Source of the DNA: Candidatus Poribacteria bacterium
Lineage (GTDB): Bacteria > Poribacteria > WGA-4E > PCPOR2b
Assembly (NCBI GenBank): GCA_965208675.1
Contig: OZ242351.1
Coordinates: 2,048,001-2,112,000, forward strand
DNA length: 64,000 bases
Direction: 5' to 3'
A program made the position numbers and the translations under genes. Shown here piece by piece: positions 51,851-61,656 of the stretch (positions are counted from its first letter, which is position 1; the number at the start of each line of letters is the position of its first letter). A model generated the notes under the pieces. That model was given only the letters and a program-made list of their open reading frames with translations, did no database searches and had not been told where the DNA came from.

Positions 51851-52699
51851 TCATGCCGCTTGAAAGGCATCAAGCGTCGATTTCAATAATCGAGAGGCGC
51901 GGAACGGGTCCGGGTGGCCCCAGACATCCGCCTGTACCCACCGGTCATATCCGACGTTTCGCAGCGCACTGAGGATTGCGTCAAGATCGAGAATGCCTTC
52001 GCCTGCGCCGAGGTGGCGTGCAACATTTTGAAAGTTGGTGTCGTCCGAGTCGCAGAAGTGCACATGACCAATGTAATCGGCATACTTCGTTACAGCGTCG
52101 AGGGCGTCGCCGTCGAGCATCTGCGCATGGCCGCAGTCGTAAATCAAGCGAAAGTTGGGTGATTCCACCGCGTCCACAACCCGCGCGGCGAGCGCGTAGT
52201 TGTATGCAAGTTGGATAGCCTCCGGCTCAATGGTTGTCATCAGATTTAGTTCCTCTGCGCGCGCAGCGACGGGCCGGAGCGCTTCCGCCATTCTGGACAC
52301 GACTTCGTCCTGCGGCAGGTCGGGCTGTTTCATGGCGGGCCAAAATCCGCATTGAACGCCGCCCATGGCGTGGCAGAACTCGACCTGTTCAACTGCGCAC
52401 CGCCCCCATTCCAATCGGCTCGATTGATCTGGTGAACCGATTTCACCCCGCGCCACGCCTGCCTGAATGCCTACGACTTCCAAGCCGTGCGCAGTGACCT
52501 GCCGGGCATAAACGGCAACAGCCGCCGCATCGTGAACGTCGGGGTAGGGCGCAATTCCAGCCCCGTCCCTGCCGTCGAGTTCGATGCCGTCATAACCCAG
52601 CTCGACTGCATGTTCAAGCACTTCTTCATACGTAACTTTGACGTTGTGGATAGGGCCTAACACGGCGAAGCCATTTATTCCAAGACATATTTTCCACAT
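51851..52699 (-). CDS. Sugar-phosphate isomerase/epimerase (AP-endonuclease-2 TIM barrel)
   Basis: LGYDGIEL, IEPE, YDCGH, GHVHFCD, G.G.LD...IL.AL...GYD. Confidence 0.85.
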   Translation of the reverse strand: MWKICLGINGFAVLGPIHNVKVTYEEVLEHAVELGYDGIELDGRDGAGIAPYPDVHDAAAVAVYARQVTAHGLEVVGIQAGVARGEIGSPDQSSRLEWGRCAVEQVEFCHAMGGVQCGFWPAMKQPDLPQDEVVSRMAEALRPVAARAEELNLMTTIEPEAIQLAYNYALAARVVDAVESPNFRLIYDCGHAQMLDGDALDAVTKYADYIGHVHFCDSDDTNFQNVARHLGAGEGILDLDAILSALRNVGYDRWVQADVWGHPDPFRASRLLKSTLDAFQAA

Positions 52700-52803
52700 T
52701 TGCGATACTCCTTCATGTTGTCGGTATGCTCAAACCGAGAGATTGTTTACCGGTTCTTGCGTGCAGAATTGATGGCAAAAACGCCGGATTCCCCCGACTT
52801 CGG

Positions 52804-53598
52804 TCACTCATTTTTGAAGCCGGCGTCGGCGTATCTTTGGGTTGCGGGTGTCCACTGGCTGTAAAAGGCACGCTGCGCCTGATCGGGATGCTGCGCCAAG
52901 CGTTCAGGAATGAGTACCCACTCCGTCAAAACAGGACTTGCGGCGCGGCTATAATAGGTGTGTTGCGTCCGCCTGCCTGCATCGGTTGTCCCAGCGAAAC
53001 GCGCATGATAGGTGGCAATATTGTAAAGGATAGCCGTGCCTGCGGCGCCGCGAATCGCAATTTCGCGATATTCAGCCATCTCGGCTTTGGCATCTTCTGC
53101 CGTGGCGTAGGGGTGGCTATTCGGGACAACGGAGAAACAGGGCGTCTCTTCAGTCACATCCGTCAGGTAGAAAATTCGGCACAGATAGCGGCACTGGTAA
53201 TCGTGTTTTGGATCCCAGTTATCGCGGGTAAGGTAAGAGTGGTCCTGGTGGAAACGCATGGGATTCTTTCCATCGCCGTCCGGCAACTCACGAAAATCGA
53301 ACTGCGCGAAGCGCACATCCTCGCCAAGGATTGCTTCTATGAGCGGATACGTGGTCGGATGCTGGACGAAGGCGTCTAGCTGCGGGTGTTCGACGAGGAT
53401 TTGTCCGTGGTCGTGAATATCGCGGGTGCCAATTCCCCACTCGTCCGGAATCCGCTGTTGGCTTTCCGCCACAAATTCATTGAGAAAATCAATTTCATTT
53501 GACGTTAACCCGTCCGAAATGACCGCATAATTGTTCCGCTGGAAAAAGTCCAGCACGTCTTCCCGCTGATTTGGTGCAAATGAAGGGTGTTCGTGCAT
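52804..53598 (-). CDS. PhyH-family dioxygenase
   Basis: RFHQD, FYLTDV...PCFSVVPNSH, AG.A.LY...TYHAR. Confidence 0.86.
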   Translation of the reverse strand: MHEHPSFAPNQREDVLDFFQRNNYAVISDGLTSNEIDFLNEFVAESQQRIPDEWGIGTRDIHDHGQILVEHPQLDAFVQHPTTYPLIEAILGEDVRFAQFDFRELPDGDGKNPMRFHQDHSYLTRDNWDPKHDYQCRYLCRIFYLTDVTEETPCFSVVPNSHPYATAEDAKAEMAEYREIAIRGAAGTAILYNIATYHARFAGTTDAGRRTQHTYYSRAASPVLTEWVLIPERLAQHPDQAQRAFYSQWTPATQRYADAGFKNE

Positions 53599-53743
53599 AA
53601 TTTTTCTTCGATTGCCAATTCGGGGAGGCAGCAGCCCCCAAACATGTGATAATGTCTGATAGTTTTTGACGGAATTTTAACGATGACGTGTAGTGATTCG
53701 ATGGGTATAGCTTAACGAATAATGGTGCTCGTTGATTTGCGCA

Positions 53744-53772
53744 ATCCTACACCAGATTATGATGGAAGTCAA
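53744..53772 (-). promoter_or_regulatory. Divergent sigma70 promoter for the PhyH-isomerase-AKR genes
   Basis: Minus strand TTGACT-17 nt-TAGGAT. Confidence 0.5.
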
Positions 53773-53820
53773 GAAAATTGTGATTGCTTTACCGCAGATT
53801 TTACGTACCGCCATTTGTTA

Positions 53821-53848
53821 TTGACACAGATTTGAAAACCGTTATAAT
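53821..53848 (+). promoter_or_regulatory. Consensus sigma70 promoter for the membrane protein gene
   Basis: TTGACA-16 nt-TATAAT. Confidence 0.7.
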
Positions 53849-53953
53849 CAGTACATTGCGGGCTGTGCAATTGCACCGACGTTCGGATCCCGGAAAGCAC
53901 CGTAACGGCGAAACTGCGAAAATCTACCTTCCTTCAATCCAACTCCTCCAATT

Positions 53954-55882
53954 ATGAGAACATCTCCTCAATCCAAATCCGCCGCCTCGACCGGTGTTAC
54001 GCCGCGTGCGGTTGTCATCGGGCTGATCTTGGTTGTCTTAAACGCCTACTGGCTGAATCATGTAATCTGGCGCGGGTTATTGCACACCTACATGTCACTG
54101 TTCGCCAATACGGTCTTCAGCCTATTTGTGGTTGTGGTGCTATTCCATCTTCTATTGAAACGAATCCTGCCCCGGTACGCGTTGCACAATACGGAGGTTC
54201 TCGTTATTTATGTAATGGTGCTTATGGTTTCGACGGTGGGCGGCAACACAAACATGGGCTATCTCGTCTATATCCTGGCGCACCCGTTTTGGTTTGCCGA
54301 CGCGGAAAACGACTGGAACCAGCTGTTTGGCGGGTACATCCCTCAATGGTTTAACGTTCGGGAAAGGTCAGTTCTAAAAGGGTTTTTTGAGGGAGATTCG
54401 ATTTTCCTAACTGCCACTCATATCTACAACTGGCTGGTGCCGTTTCTCGTCTGGTCGGCTTTTGTGTTTGTGCTCTACTTCGTGTTAATTTGCATAAATG
54501 CCGTCCTGCGACGGCAGTTCTCGGAACATGAACGGTTGAGTTTTCCCATCGCCCGGCTGCCGCTGGAGATAGGGAAGAATCCGGAGGGGTTTTTCAAGAA
54601 CAGACTGATGTGGATTGGATTCAGCGCGGCTGGCGGAATCGAGATCCTCAACGGCGTAAGCTACCTGTATCCTTCCTTTCCGTATATTCCAATCAAACCG
54701 TGGGACAACATCCACCTGTTCCCCGACGAGCCGTGGGACGCGCTTGGGACGATGCTGCTGTCTTTCAATCCGTTCATCATCGGCCTCACCTTTTTCATGC
54801 CGCTGGACCTGTCATTCTCCGCACTGTTCTTTTTCGCTCTCGGGAAAGCGTTACTCTTGGGGCGACGCGTTTTGGGCTGGCACACCGGATTCTACCTTGA
54901 TGAACAGGCGCAGGGAGCTTGGATCGGCTTGGGTATTCTCGCCTTATGGGTGGGGCGAAGGCATTTGAAAGGCGTGTTCAAGCACGCGGTTGGAAAGGCG
55001 CGAACTGCCGATGATGTAGCCGAACCCATGCGGTACAAATGGGCGATTTACGGGATTGTTGCCGGGCTCATTTTTATCGCTCTATTTGCCTGCCATGCGG
55101 GCATTTCGCTCTGGGCGGCGCTAATCTTTTTTGGCTGTTACTTCCTGATGGCTGTCGGATTAACGAAGGTACGGGCAGGACTCGGTCCGCCGCTGCACGA
55201 AACCATCGGGAAAGACCCTGCGAGTACGATGGTCGCGGCGCTAGGCACACGCACGATTGGCGCGCGGAATTTAACGTTGCTCTCCTTTTTTTTCTGGATG
55301 AACCGCGTCAACACGGCGCACCCGATGCCCAACCAGCTCGAAGCCTTTCACATCGGACGCCAAGGCGGCATCGACAATCGAAAGCTGCTTTCGGCGATGC
55401 TCCTCGCGCTCGCGGTCGGCATTCCGTGGACGTTTCTCGTATATCTGGGCATGGCTTATGATATCGGCGGCGGTGCCGCGTTTCATACAGTCGGAATCGG
55501 TTGGCAGAACTTTAGGTTGTTAGAAAGCCGACTGAGCAACCCGACGGAGGTGGACAGCTTCGCAATGATTGCTATGGGCACGGGATTCGGTGTGACGACG
55601 TTGCTGTCTGCGTTGAAGCTAAGGTTTCTGTGGTGGCCTCTGCATCCCATTGGCTACGTAATAGGGACGGGCAATTGGGGCGACATGTCGTTCATCTGGC
55701 TTCCGGTACTATTCACTTGGGTGGTCAAGTCCTTGCTGTTGACGCACGGCGGTTTGCGGGTATACCGGAGCGCAATACCGTTTTTTGCGGGACTCATTCT
55801 CGGCGATTTTGTTGTGGGCGGTATGTGGAGTCTTGCCGGTATTGCGTTCAACACGCCGACGTATGCCATCTGGACGCGGTAA
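53954..55882 (+). CDS. Polytopic membrane protein, DUF6785/DUF6784-like, paralog of 3378-5303
   Basis: RRQF..HERLSFPI, PLDLSFS, VRAGLGPP, HPMPNQLE, WWPLHPIGY, GGLRVYR.AIPFF.GLILG. Confidence 0.75.
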   Translation: MRTSPQSKSAASTGVTPRAVVIGLILVVLNAYWLNHVIWRGLLHTYMSLFANTVFSLFVVVVLFHLLLKRILPRYALHNTEVLVIYVMVLMVSTVGGNTNMGYLVYILAHPFWFADAENDWNQLFGGYIPQWFNVRERSVLKGFFEGDSIFLTATHIYNWLVPFLVWSAFVFVLYFVLICINAVLRRQFSEHERLSFPIARLPLEIGKNPEGFFKNRLMWIGFSAAGGIEILNGVSYLYPSFPYIPIKPWDNIHLFPDEPWDALGTMLLSFNPFIIGLTFFMPLDLSFSALFFFALGKALLLGRRVLGWHTGFYLDEQAQGAWIGLGILALWVGRRHLKGVFKHAVGKARTADDVAEPMRYKWAIYGIVAGLIFIALFACHAGISLWAALIFFGCYFLMAVGLTKVRAGLGPPLHETIGKDPASTMVAALGTRTIGARNLTLLSFFFWMNRVNTAHPMPNQLEAFHIGRQGGIDNRKLLSAMLLALAVGIPWTFLVYLGMAYDIGGGAAFHTVGIGWQNFRLLESRLSNPTEVDSFAMIAMGTGFGVTTLLSALKLRFLWWPLHPIGYVIGTGNWGDMSFIWLPVLFTWVVKSLLLTHGGLRVYRSAIPFFAGLILGDFVVGGMWSLAGIAFNTPTYAIWTR

Positions 55883-56091
55883 AGTAGGATTAATTCCCAC
55901 AACTGAAGCGTCCAGAGCGCGCCAAAATCTTGTTGCGTTCATTTTTATGCTGTGATAGGATAGTGCAACGTCCGATTTGGGCAAGCTATCGATTTAGCAA
56001 TCATCCGAGCGGTTAGCGAGAGCATTAGTGTTCAAGTCTTTACCTGATTTAGCAGCTCACACCCCCTTTTGACTCTACGAAGGAGAACAAT

Positions 56092-57138
56092 ATGCACTAC
56101 ACCCTTGAAATGCGCGGAAGGTACATACAGGGGCCGGGGGCAATTCATGAGATAGGACGGTTCACCGCGGGATTGGGGGATAAAACCCTCCTCATGGGTG
56201 GGCCCACGGCGTTGTCACTAACTCAGGTTGCGATATCCGACAGTCTGAAAGAACATAATGTTGACACCGTTGTGAACCGGTTCCGAGGAACACACAACGA
56301 CGATGAGATTGAGCGGTTGGCGAAGATTGCGGATGAATCCGGCGCCAACGTCGTCATCGGGATTGGCGGCGGCCAAGCGTTGGACACCTCAAAAGGCATA
56401 TCCCACAGCAGAGGACTTCCGCTGGTACAGGTACCGACAGTCGCGTCAACAGATGCGCCTTGCGCGGGCGGTCCGCTTCTAGTCATCGCCGATACGGAGA
56501 TTATCGTAAAGAGTCCTCCGCGATACACGGTTGCCGGAATGGGTGACGCGCTCTCCACGCCGTTCGAGGCGGAGGCATGCATCAAATCGTCCGCGCCGAA
56601 TTTCCGAGAGGGGCGCGCCACAGAATTAGCGTACGCAGCGGCGAAATTGTGCTATGACATCGTTATGGAACACGGGATAGAGGCGAAGCGCTGTAACGAA
56701 GAGGGGCGCTTGTCCGAGGCGTTCGAAAAAATCGTTGAAGCAAACACGCTCTTGAGCGGGGTGGGATACGAAAACTGCGGACTATCTATCGCGCACGGGC
56801 TATGGAACGGATTTAAGCTTGTCGACGGCTTCCGGGAAAGCGGCACACTGCACGGCGAGGCGGTCGCTTGGTTCACGCTTGTCCAATTGGTTCTTGAAGG
56901 ACGTTCTGACGAATTTATTGATGACATGCTCGCCTTCTACAATGCCGTCGATCTTCCGGTCGCCCTAGACGATAGCCGGCTGGTGAACGTTAGCCGAGAC
57001 ATGATTGACGCCGGCGTGGAATTCACGATGGAGCCGGGCAGCTCAATATATTATACACCGCTATCGCTAGATGCAAATACGGTTCACGACGCAATCCGCC
57101 AAACGGACGCCATCGGGCGCGCTTCCAGAAACAGTTGA
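56092..57138 (+). CDS. gldA: Glycerol dehydrogenase family
   Basis: YIQGPGA, GIGGG.ALDTSK, PTVASTDAPC, AGMGDALST.FEA, EANTLLSG.G.E..GL..AH, HGE.VA. Confidence 0.8.
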   Translation: MHYTLEMRGRYIQGPGAIHEIGRFTAGLGDKTLLMGGPTALSLTQVAISDSLKEHNVDTVVNRFRGTHNDDEIERLAKIADESGANVVIGIGGGQALDTSKGISHSRGLPLVQVPTVASTDAPCAGGPLLVIADTEIIVKSPPRYTVAGMGDALSTPFEAEACIKSSAPNFREGRATELAYAAAKLCYDIVMEHGIEAKRCNEEGRLSEAFEKIVEANTLLSGVGYENCGLSIAHGLWNGFKLVDGFRESGTLHGEAVAWFTLVQLVLEGRSDEFIDDMLAFYNAVDLPVALDDSRLVNVSRDMIDAGVEFTMEPGSSIYYTPLSLDANTVHDAIRQTDAIGRASRNS

Positions 57139-57431
57139 CCGCGGCATTCACCGGAAACAACAGCCTGAAGCCTGTCTAAATGATTGACGAAAATTTAACA
57201 TGTGCGAAGTAGATTGTTCATGCTTTCGAGCATTTTGCGGGGCAAGATGCGCCGCCTACAGGCCGTGACGGCACACCCGAGGCAAGGAAGATCTCTATCG
57301 TACACCCTATTCAATTGCTTCATCCCCGCCTAGGGAGGGTAGTGTGGTATTATACACCTGCCGTCCCGCTGGGGCTGTATAAAATGAATTTTCAAACAGG
57401 TTTAAAATGAACGCGCTATACTAGTGAAAGG

Positions 57432-58421
57432 GTGAATATGATTCTTGAAATACTGGTTGCAGCGTTTGTGTTGGTGCTCATCTCGACATCCGTGAGTCAC
57501 GCGGCTTCTATTATTGTCGCAGCTTCAAATTCTTCGACCGAATCAAAAGACCGCGCAGACTTCATCTGTGACGGCACGAACGACCAGGTTAAGCTGCTAG
57601 AGTCCATAACCCGTGCGAACCGCGTCACGACTAAAGTAGACACCGCCCCTGCGGTTCAAAAGAGCGTGGAGTGTTATGGCAGGCATTCGGTTGAATGGGT
57701 ACCCGGAGACTACTATTTAGGAGAGACGCTAACTATCCCCGACGCCGCGGATGTTTCCATTCAGGCGGAGGGAACATACTTTCATTACATACCCAAGGAA
57801 GGCGATGCGGTCGTTGTCACTGGAATGAACCGGTGCCGATACTACTTTGGGACAATCGAGTCCAATTCCAGCGGGACAGCAATCCTAGTGAAACCCACCG
57901 CAGAGATGCCGGCGCTCATGAGTTTTCTGAACTTTACCGGCTTGCTTGGAAGCGAACAGCGCGGAACAGGGCTATACCTCAATTCTACCCAGTCGGGCGT
58001 CTGCTGCAACCGGTTTGAAGGCACCGACATTATGGGCTTCGATACCGGCGTGTTCGTCAGCGATGCAATCGCAAAATGTGATACGAATTGGTTCTGGTTC
58101 AGCTACATCCGGATGTGCAACACCGGTATCCAAGAACTCGGAAAGGGCGTCGATGACAATGTCTGGAACGTAAATGTCGACGCTAGCATCCCCGATTCCC
58201 TTTCGCTCCGCACCGCGGCGACGCACGGGAAATGGTACGTTATCATGGGCACTTGGACTTTCGAAGGCGTCAACAAAGCGGTAATCCTCGATCCGGGTGC
58301 AAGCCAAAACGTAATCGAAGTCCATCCGCCGCTGGAGGATTTCGCTTGGGAGGACAACAGCGGCAACGAAACAAACATCATTCTTACGGCAAAGAAGTAT
58401 CTCAACGCCCAATGCTGTTAG
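57432..58421 (+). CDS. Secreted hypothetical protein, probable right-handed beta-helix (pectin-lyase-like)
   Basis: Signal peptide; IVAASNS....K..ADFICDGTNDQV, PG.YYL; Asn/Gly-rich beta repeats. Confidence 0.55.
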   Translation: MNMILEILVAAFVLVLISTSVSHAASIIVAASNSSTESKDRADFICDGTNDQVKLLESITRANRVTTKVDTAPAVQKSVECYGRHSVEWVPGDYYLGETLTIPDAADVSIQAEGTYFHYIPKEGDAVVVTGMNRCRYYFGTIESNSSGTAILVKPTAEMPALMSFLNFTGLLGSEQRGTGLYLNSTQSGVCCNRFEGTDIMGFDTGVFVSDAIAKCDTNWFWFSYIRMCNTGIQELGKGVDDNVWNVNVDASIPDSLSLRTAATHGKWYVIMGTWTFEGVNKAVILDPGASQNVIEVHPPLEDFAWEDNSGNETNIILTAKKYLNAQCC

Positions 58422-58475
58422 TGCGCACCATGTGTAATGAATAAGCCCTAACGCTATGAAAGGGAGGGACAAATA

Positions 58476-59273
58476 TTGAAAACGTTAGTTTCGACTTTTT
58501 TGATGACGGTTCTAGCTACGGCGTTTTATGTTCCAGAAGCCGATGCAGCCCTCGACGAAGATATTGTACTCGCCATGTCATTTGATGAAGGCAAAGGCGA
58601 AACCACGAAAGATCTCTCTGCACACGCTAACCACGGCACCCTCATGCAGAACGCAGGATGGGCAAAGGGTAAATTTGGCAACGGCATAATCGTTGAACCG
58701 GTTGGCTATGTAGATGCCGGAAACGATCCAAGTCTGAGTCTGTCCAAAACAGATTTCACGCTTGCCGCGTGGGTCCACATGAAAGACACCGTCGTCCACC
58801 AACACGGGTTCATGGGGCACGATGAAGGCGGCGGGACAACGAACAAATGGATATTTCGATACAATAAAGGCGGCAGTCAGAGCATCAATTTTCATATCAA
58901 TAGAGCCGACGGTGCAGGCGTTAATCAACTTGAACCCGGTGTTTGGAAAACAAAACCCAATACATGGTATCAGGCCGCTGTGGTTCGATCCGGGAACAAG
59001 TATACGTTTTACACCGACGGCACAAGGAATGGGCAGATAGAGAGCGATGTGGCCGTCCCAAAATTCATCGACGCCCCAGTCACGATCGGTTGGGCAGAAG
59101 GCCCCATTGCGCTCGACGGCCGTATTGACGAAGCCCTAATCGCTAAGCGAGCCTTCACCGCCGATGAAATTAAATCGCACTTCCAAGGCGGCGTCAAACA
59201 GGTGTTGGCGGTCCAGCCCGTAGGCAAAGCCGCTTCCATCTGGGGCACCATCAAGACGCGGACATTGCGTTAG
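58476..59273 (+). CDS. Secreted LamG/concanavalin-like protein with AVQPxGKxAxxWGxIK tail
   Basis: FDEG.G...D.S...NHG, GKFG, FT.A.W, G.IDE; tail LAVQPVGKAASIWGTIK. Confidence 0.88.
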   Translation: MKTLVSTFLMTVLATAFYVPEADAALDEDIVLAMSFDEGKGETTKDLSAHANHGTLMQNAGWAKGKFGNGIIVEPVGYVDAGNDPSLSLSKTDFTLAAWVHMKDTVVHQHGFMGHDEGGGTTNKWIFRYNKGGSQSINFHINRADGAGVNQLEPGVWKTKPNTWYQAAVVRSGNKYTFYTDGTRNGQIESDVAVPKFIDAPVTIGWAEGPIALDGRIDEALIAKRAFTADEIKSHFQGGVKQVLAVQPVGKAASIWGTIKTRTLR

Positions 59274-59310
59274 ATCTCCGATGAAAGCCTTTTTCGGGTA
59301 GAGACAGCCT

Positions 59311-60108
59311 ATGAAAGCAGTGGTTTCGGCTACTCTGATTACCGCATTGTGCGGCGCCTTCTGCACTGGATATGCTCAAGCAGCCGGCATCGGCGACATC
59401 GTGCTTGCCATGCCGTTTGATGAAGGCGAAGGAGAGGTCACGATGGACATCTCCCCTCACCGGAACCACGGCACGCTCATGGAAAATGCGGGTTGGGGAA
59501 TTGGCAAATTTGGCAACGCTCTACAGGTCGAACCAGTTGGTTATGTGGATGCCGGCACTGATCCAAGTCTGAGTCTGTTTGACACAGACTTCACGCTTGC
59601 CGTTTGGGTCAACATGAAGGAAACTGTCGCCCACCAACACGGGTTCATGGCTCAGGATGAAGGCGGCGGGCCGGAGAACAACAAATGGATGCTGCGATAC
59701 AATAAAGGCGGGGTTCGGAGCGTCAACTTCCACATCCATAGAGCCGACGGCGGTTCTATGCAGCTTGAACCCGGCTTTTGGCGAGCCAAGCCCGAAACAT
59801 GGTATCAGGTCGCCGTGGTTAGATTCGGAAACAAGTACACGTTTTACAGCGACGGGAAACGGGCTCTGGCGTTAGAGAGCGATCTGGCTGTTGCAAAATT
59901 CATTGACGCACCGGTAACAATTGGTTGGGCAGAGGGCCCAATTGCGACGGACGGACTTATTGACGAGGCTTTGATTGTGAAGCGGGCTTTTACCCCCGAT
60001 GAAATAAAAACGCATTTTGAAGGGGGAGTTCACGACGTGTTGGCAGTTCAGCCACAAGGCAAATCTGCTGCAGTCTGGGGCAAAATCAAGGCGCAAATGT
60101 TACGCTGA
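59311..60108 (+). CDS. Secreted LamG protein, tandem paralog 2
   Basis: Homologous to 58476; tail LAVQPQGKSAAVWGKIK. Confidence 0.88.
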   Translation: MKAVVSATLITALCGAFCTGYAQAAGIGDIVLAMPFDEGEGEVTMDISPHRNHGTLMENAGWGIGKFGNALQVEPVGYVDAGTDPSLSLFDTDFTLAVWVNMKETVAHQHGFMAQDEGGGPENNKWMLRYNKGGVRSVNFHIHRADGGSMQLEPGFWRAKPETWYQVAVVRFGNKYTFYSDGKRALALESDLAVAKFIDAPVTIGWAEGPIATDGLIDEALIVKRAFTPDEIKTHFEGGVHDVLAVQPQGKSAAVWGKIKAQMLR

Positions 60109-60144
60109 GATTTCCCGCATTAATCCCATGAAGGAGGAATTCCA

Positions 60145-60945
60145 ATGAAAACCTTAATTTCGATTTTTGCGATTGCGGCTATAGCCGCCGTCTTTTGTGT
60201 TGGCGAGACAGCAGCGGCCGGCGGAGATGAAGACATTGTGCTCGCCATGCCTTTTGAAGAAGGTGAAGGCAATTCCACCATGGACATCTCTCCCCACGGT
60301 AACCACGGTACGCTTATGGACAACGCGAGTTGGGGTGCAGGTAAATTTGGTAACGCCGTACAGTTTGAACCGGTCGGCTATGTGAATGCCGGAAATGATG
60401 AAAGTTTGAGTCTGTCTGGCACAGACTTCACACTTGCTGTGTGGGTCAACATGACAGATACCGTCGGCCACCAACACGGGTTCATGGCTCAAGATGAAGG
60501 TGGCGGGCCGCGTAACAAATGGATTTTCCGGTACAATAGGGGCGCCAGCCAGAGTGTTAACATCCATATAAATACAGCCGACGGCGAGTCTATGCAGCTT
60601 GAACCCGGCCTATGGGATGTGCAGCCTAACACATGGCATCAGGTCGCCGTCGTTAGAGCGGGAAACGCGTACACGTTTTTCACCGATGGCGAGCAGAGCG
60701 CGCAGTTAGAGAACGACCTCGCCGTTCCGCCTGTTATCGACGCACCGGTCACTGTCGGTTGGGCGGAAGGTCCCATTGCTATGAGCGGCCTTATTGACGA
60801 AGCCCTAATCGCGAGGCGAGCCTTCACATCCGATGAAATCAAGATGCACTACGACGGCGGAGTGCAACAACTACTCGTCGCAGTTCAGCCCGCAGGCAAA
60901 TCTGCTGCCGTTTGGGGAAACATCAAGGCGAAGGCATCGCGCTGA
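60145..60945 (+). CDS. Secreted LamG protein, tandem paralog 3
   Basis: Homologous; tail VAVQPAGKSAAVWGNIK. Confidence 0.88.
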   Translation: MKTLISIFAIAAIAAVFCVGETAAAGGDEDIVLAMPFEEGEGNSTMDISPHGNHGTLMDNASWGAGKFGNAVQFEPVGYVNAGNDESLSLSGTDFTLAVWVNMTDTVGHQHGFMAQDEGGGPRNKWIFRYNRGASQSVNIHINTADGESMQLEPGLWDVQPNTWHQVAVVRAGNAYTFFTDGEQSAQLENDLAVPPVIDAPVTVGWAEGPIAMSGLIDEALIARRAFTSDEIKMHYDGGVQQLLVAVQPAGKSAAVWGNIKAKASR

Positions 60946-61046
60946 AAATCCCAACGGCAATCTTATAGGGGAGTTCTTGTAGGATCAACCGAGTGAATAA
61001 CGAGGGCGATAGTCTTCTCCCCGCATCAAATCCTCATCCTTTATAA

Positions 61047-61269
61047 GCTTTCTATTACCCACAAGTGTCTGGAGGTAGACGCCGTCTATGTTGGGACTAA
61101 CAACGATTGTTCATTTCGGTATGGTGTAAACTGTGGGAGGGACATCACTGTCCCGATAATCAGGACTAGGCAGCCCTTCCCACAGGCGCTTCACAGCATG
61201 GTAACGTCAAGAATGAGGGGAAAAACCCTTAAACTATTCGACCTTGCGGACTTGTGGGTAATAGTAAGC
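61047..61269. mobile_element. 223-bp MITE-like element with 19-bp terminal inverted repeats and 7-bp TSD
   Basis: Left GCTTTCTATTACCCACAAG and right CTTGTGGGTAATAGTAAGC (18/19 match); TTTATAA on both flanks (61040-61046, 61270-61276). Confidence 0.75.
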
Positions 61270-61354
61270 TTTATAAAGGGGAGCGAGAGGGGGGTTGCGT
61301 GCTTTCCGCCCGCGTTTTATCTGAAATCTAATCTGAATTTGCAATGTAGCTCTT

Positions 61355-61456
61355 GTAGGTTGGGTTGAGCGGTGTTAACGCACCAACGCATGTATGCCGC
61401 GTATGTTACGTGTTCTGGTTGCGTTCAAAATTTGAACTGATGAAGCGTAACCCAAC
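61355..61456 (+). repeat. Split-REP cassette with a 72-nt insert
   Basis: GTAGGTTGGGTTGAGCG (61355-61371), insert 61372-61443, AGCGTAACCCAAC (61444-61456). Confidence 0.85.
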
Positions 61457-61656
61457 GTTTTTTGTTAAATGCGAAATGTATCGTTGACCGGTAGTTGCAG
61501 AAAACTATCGACTTCGCTATCCGTTCAGTTGATTCTCTAAAATCGGGAGAAAGGTCTCCCTCCCACAGCGTTGCGGCGCGCGGCATTTTACCCTTGTGGG
61601 AAATAGTAAGCTGATTGGAACCGATTGCGCAATTGCGCGTATACGTCGTATTGCAG

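Noticed and set aside
52726-53379. Long antisense ORFs (also 42964-43641, 61882-62592, 27905-28492)
   Set aside because: Shadow frames of well-supported genes on the opposite strand, with no recognisable motifs.
53856-53950. Riboswitch in the membrane-protein leader (also considered 9423-9660 and 11000-11110)
   Set aside because: Some hairpins are present but no recognisable conserved riboswitch core; an Rfam search is needed.
58476-60945. Diversity-generating retroelement among the LamG repeats
   Set aside because: Differences are spread throughout and are not adenine-specific; all copies are full genes; no reverse transcriptase.
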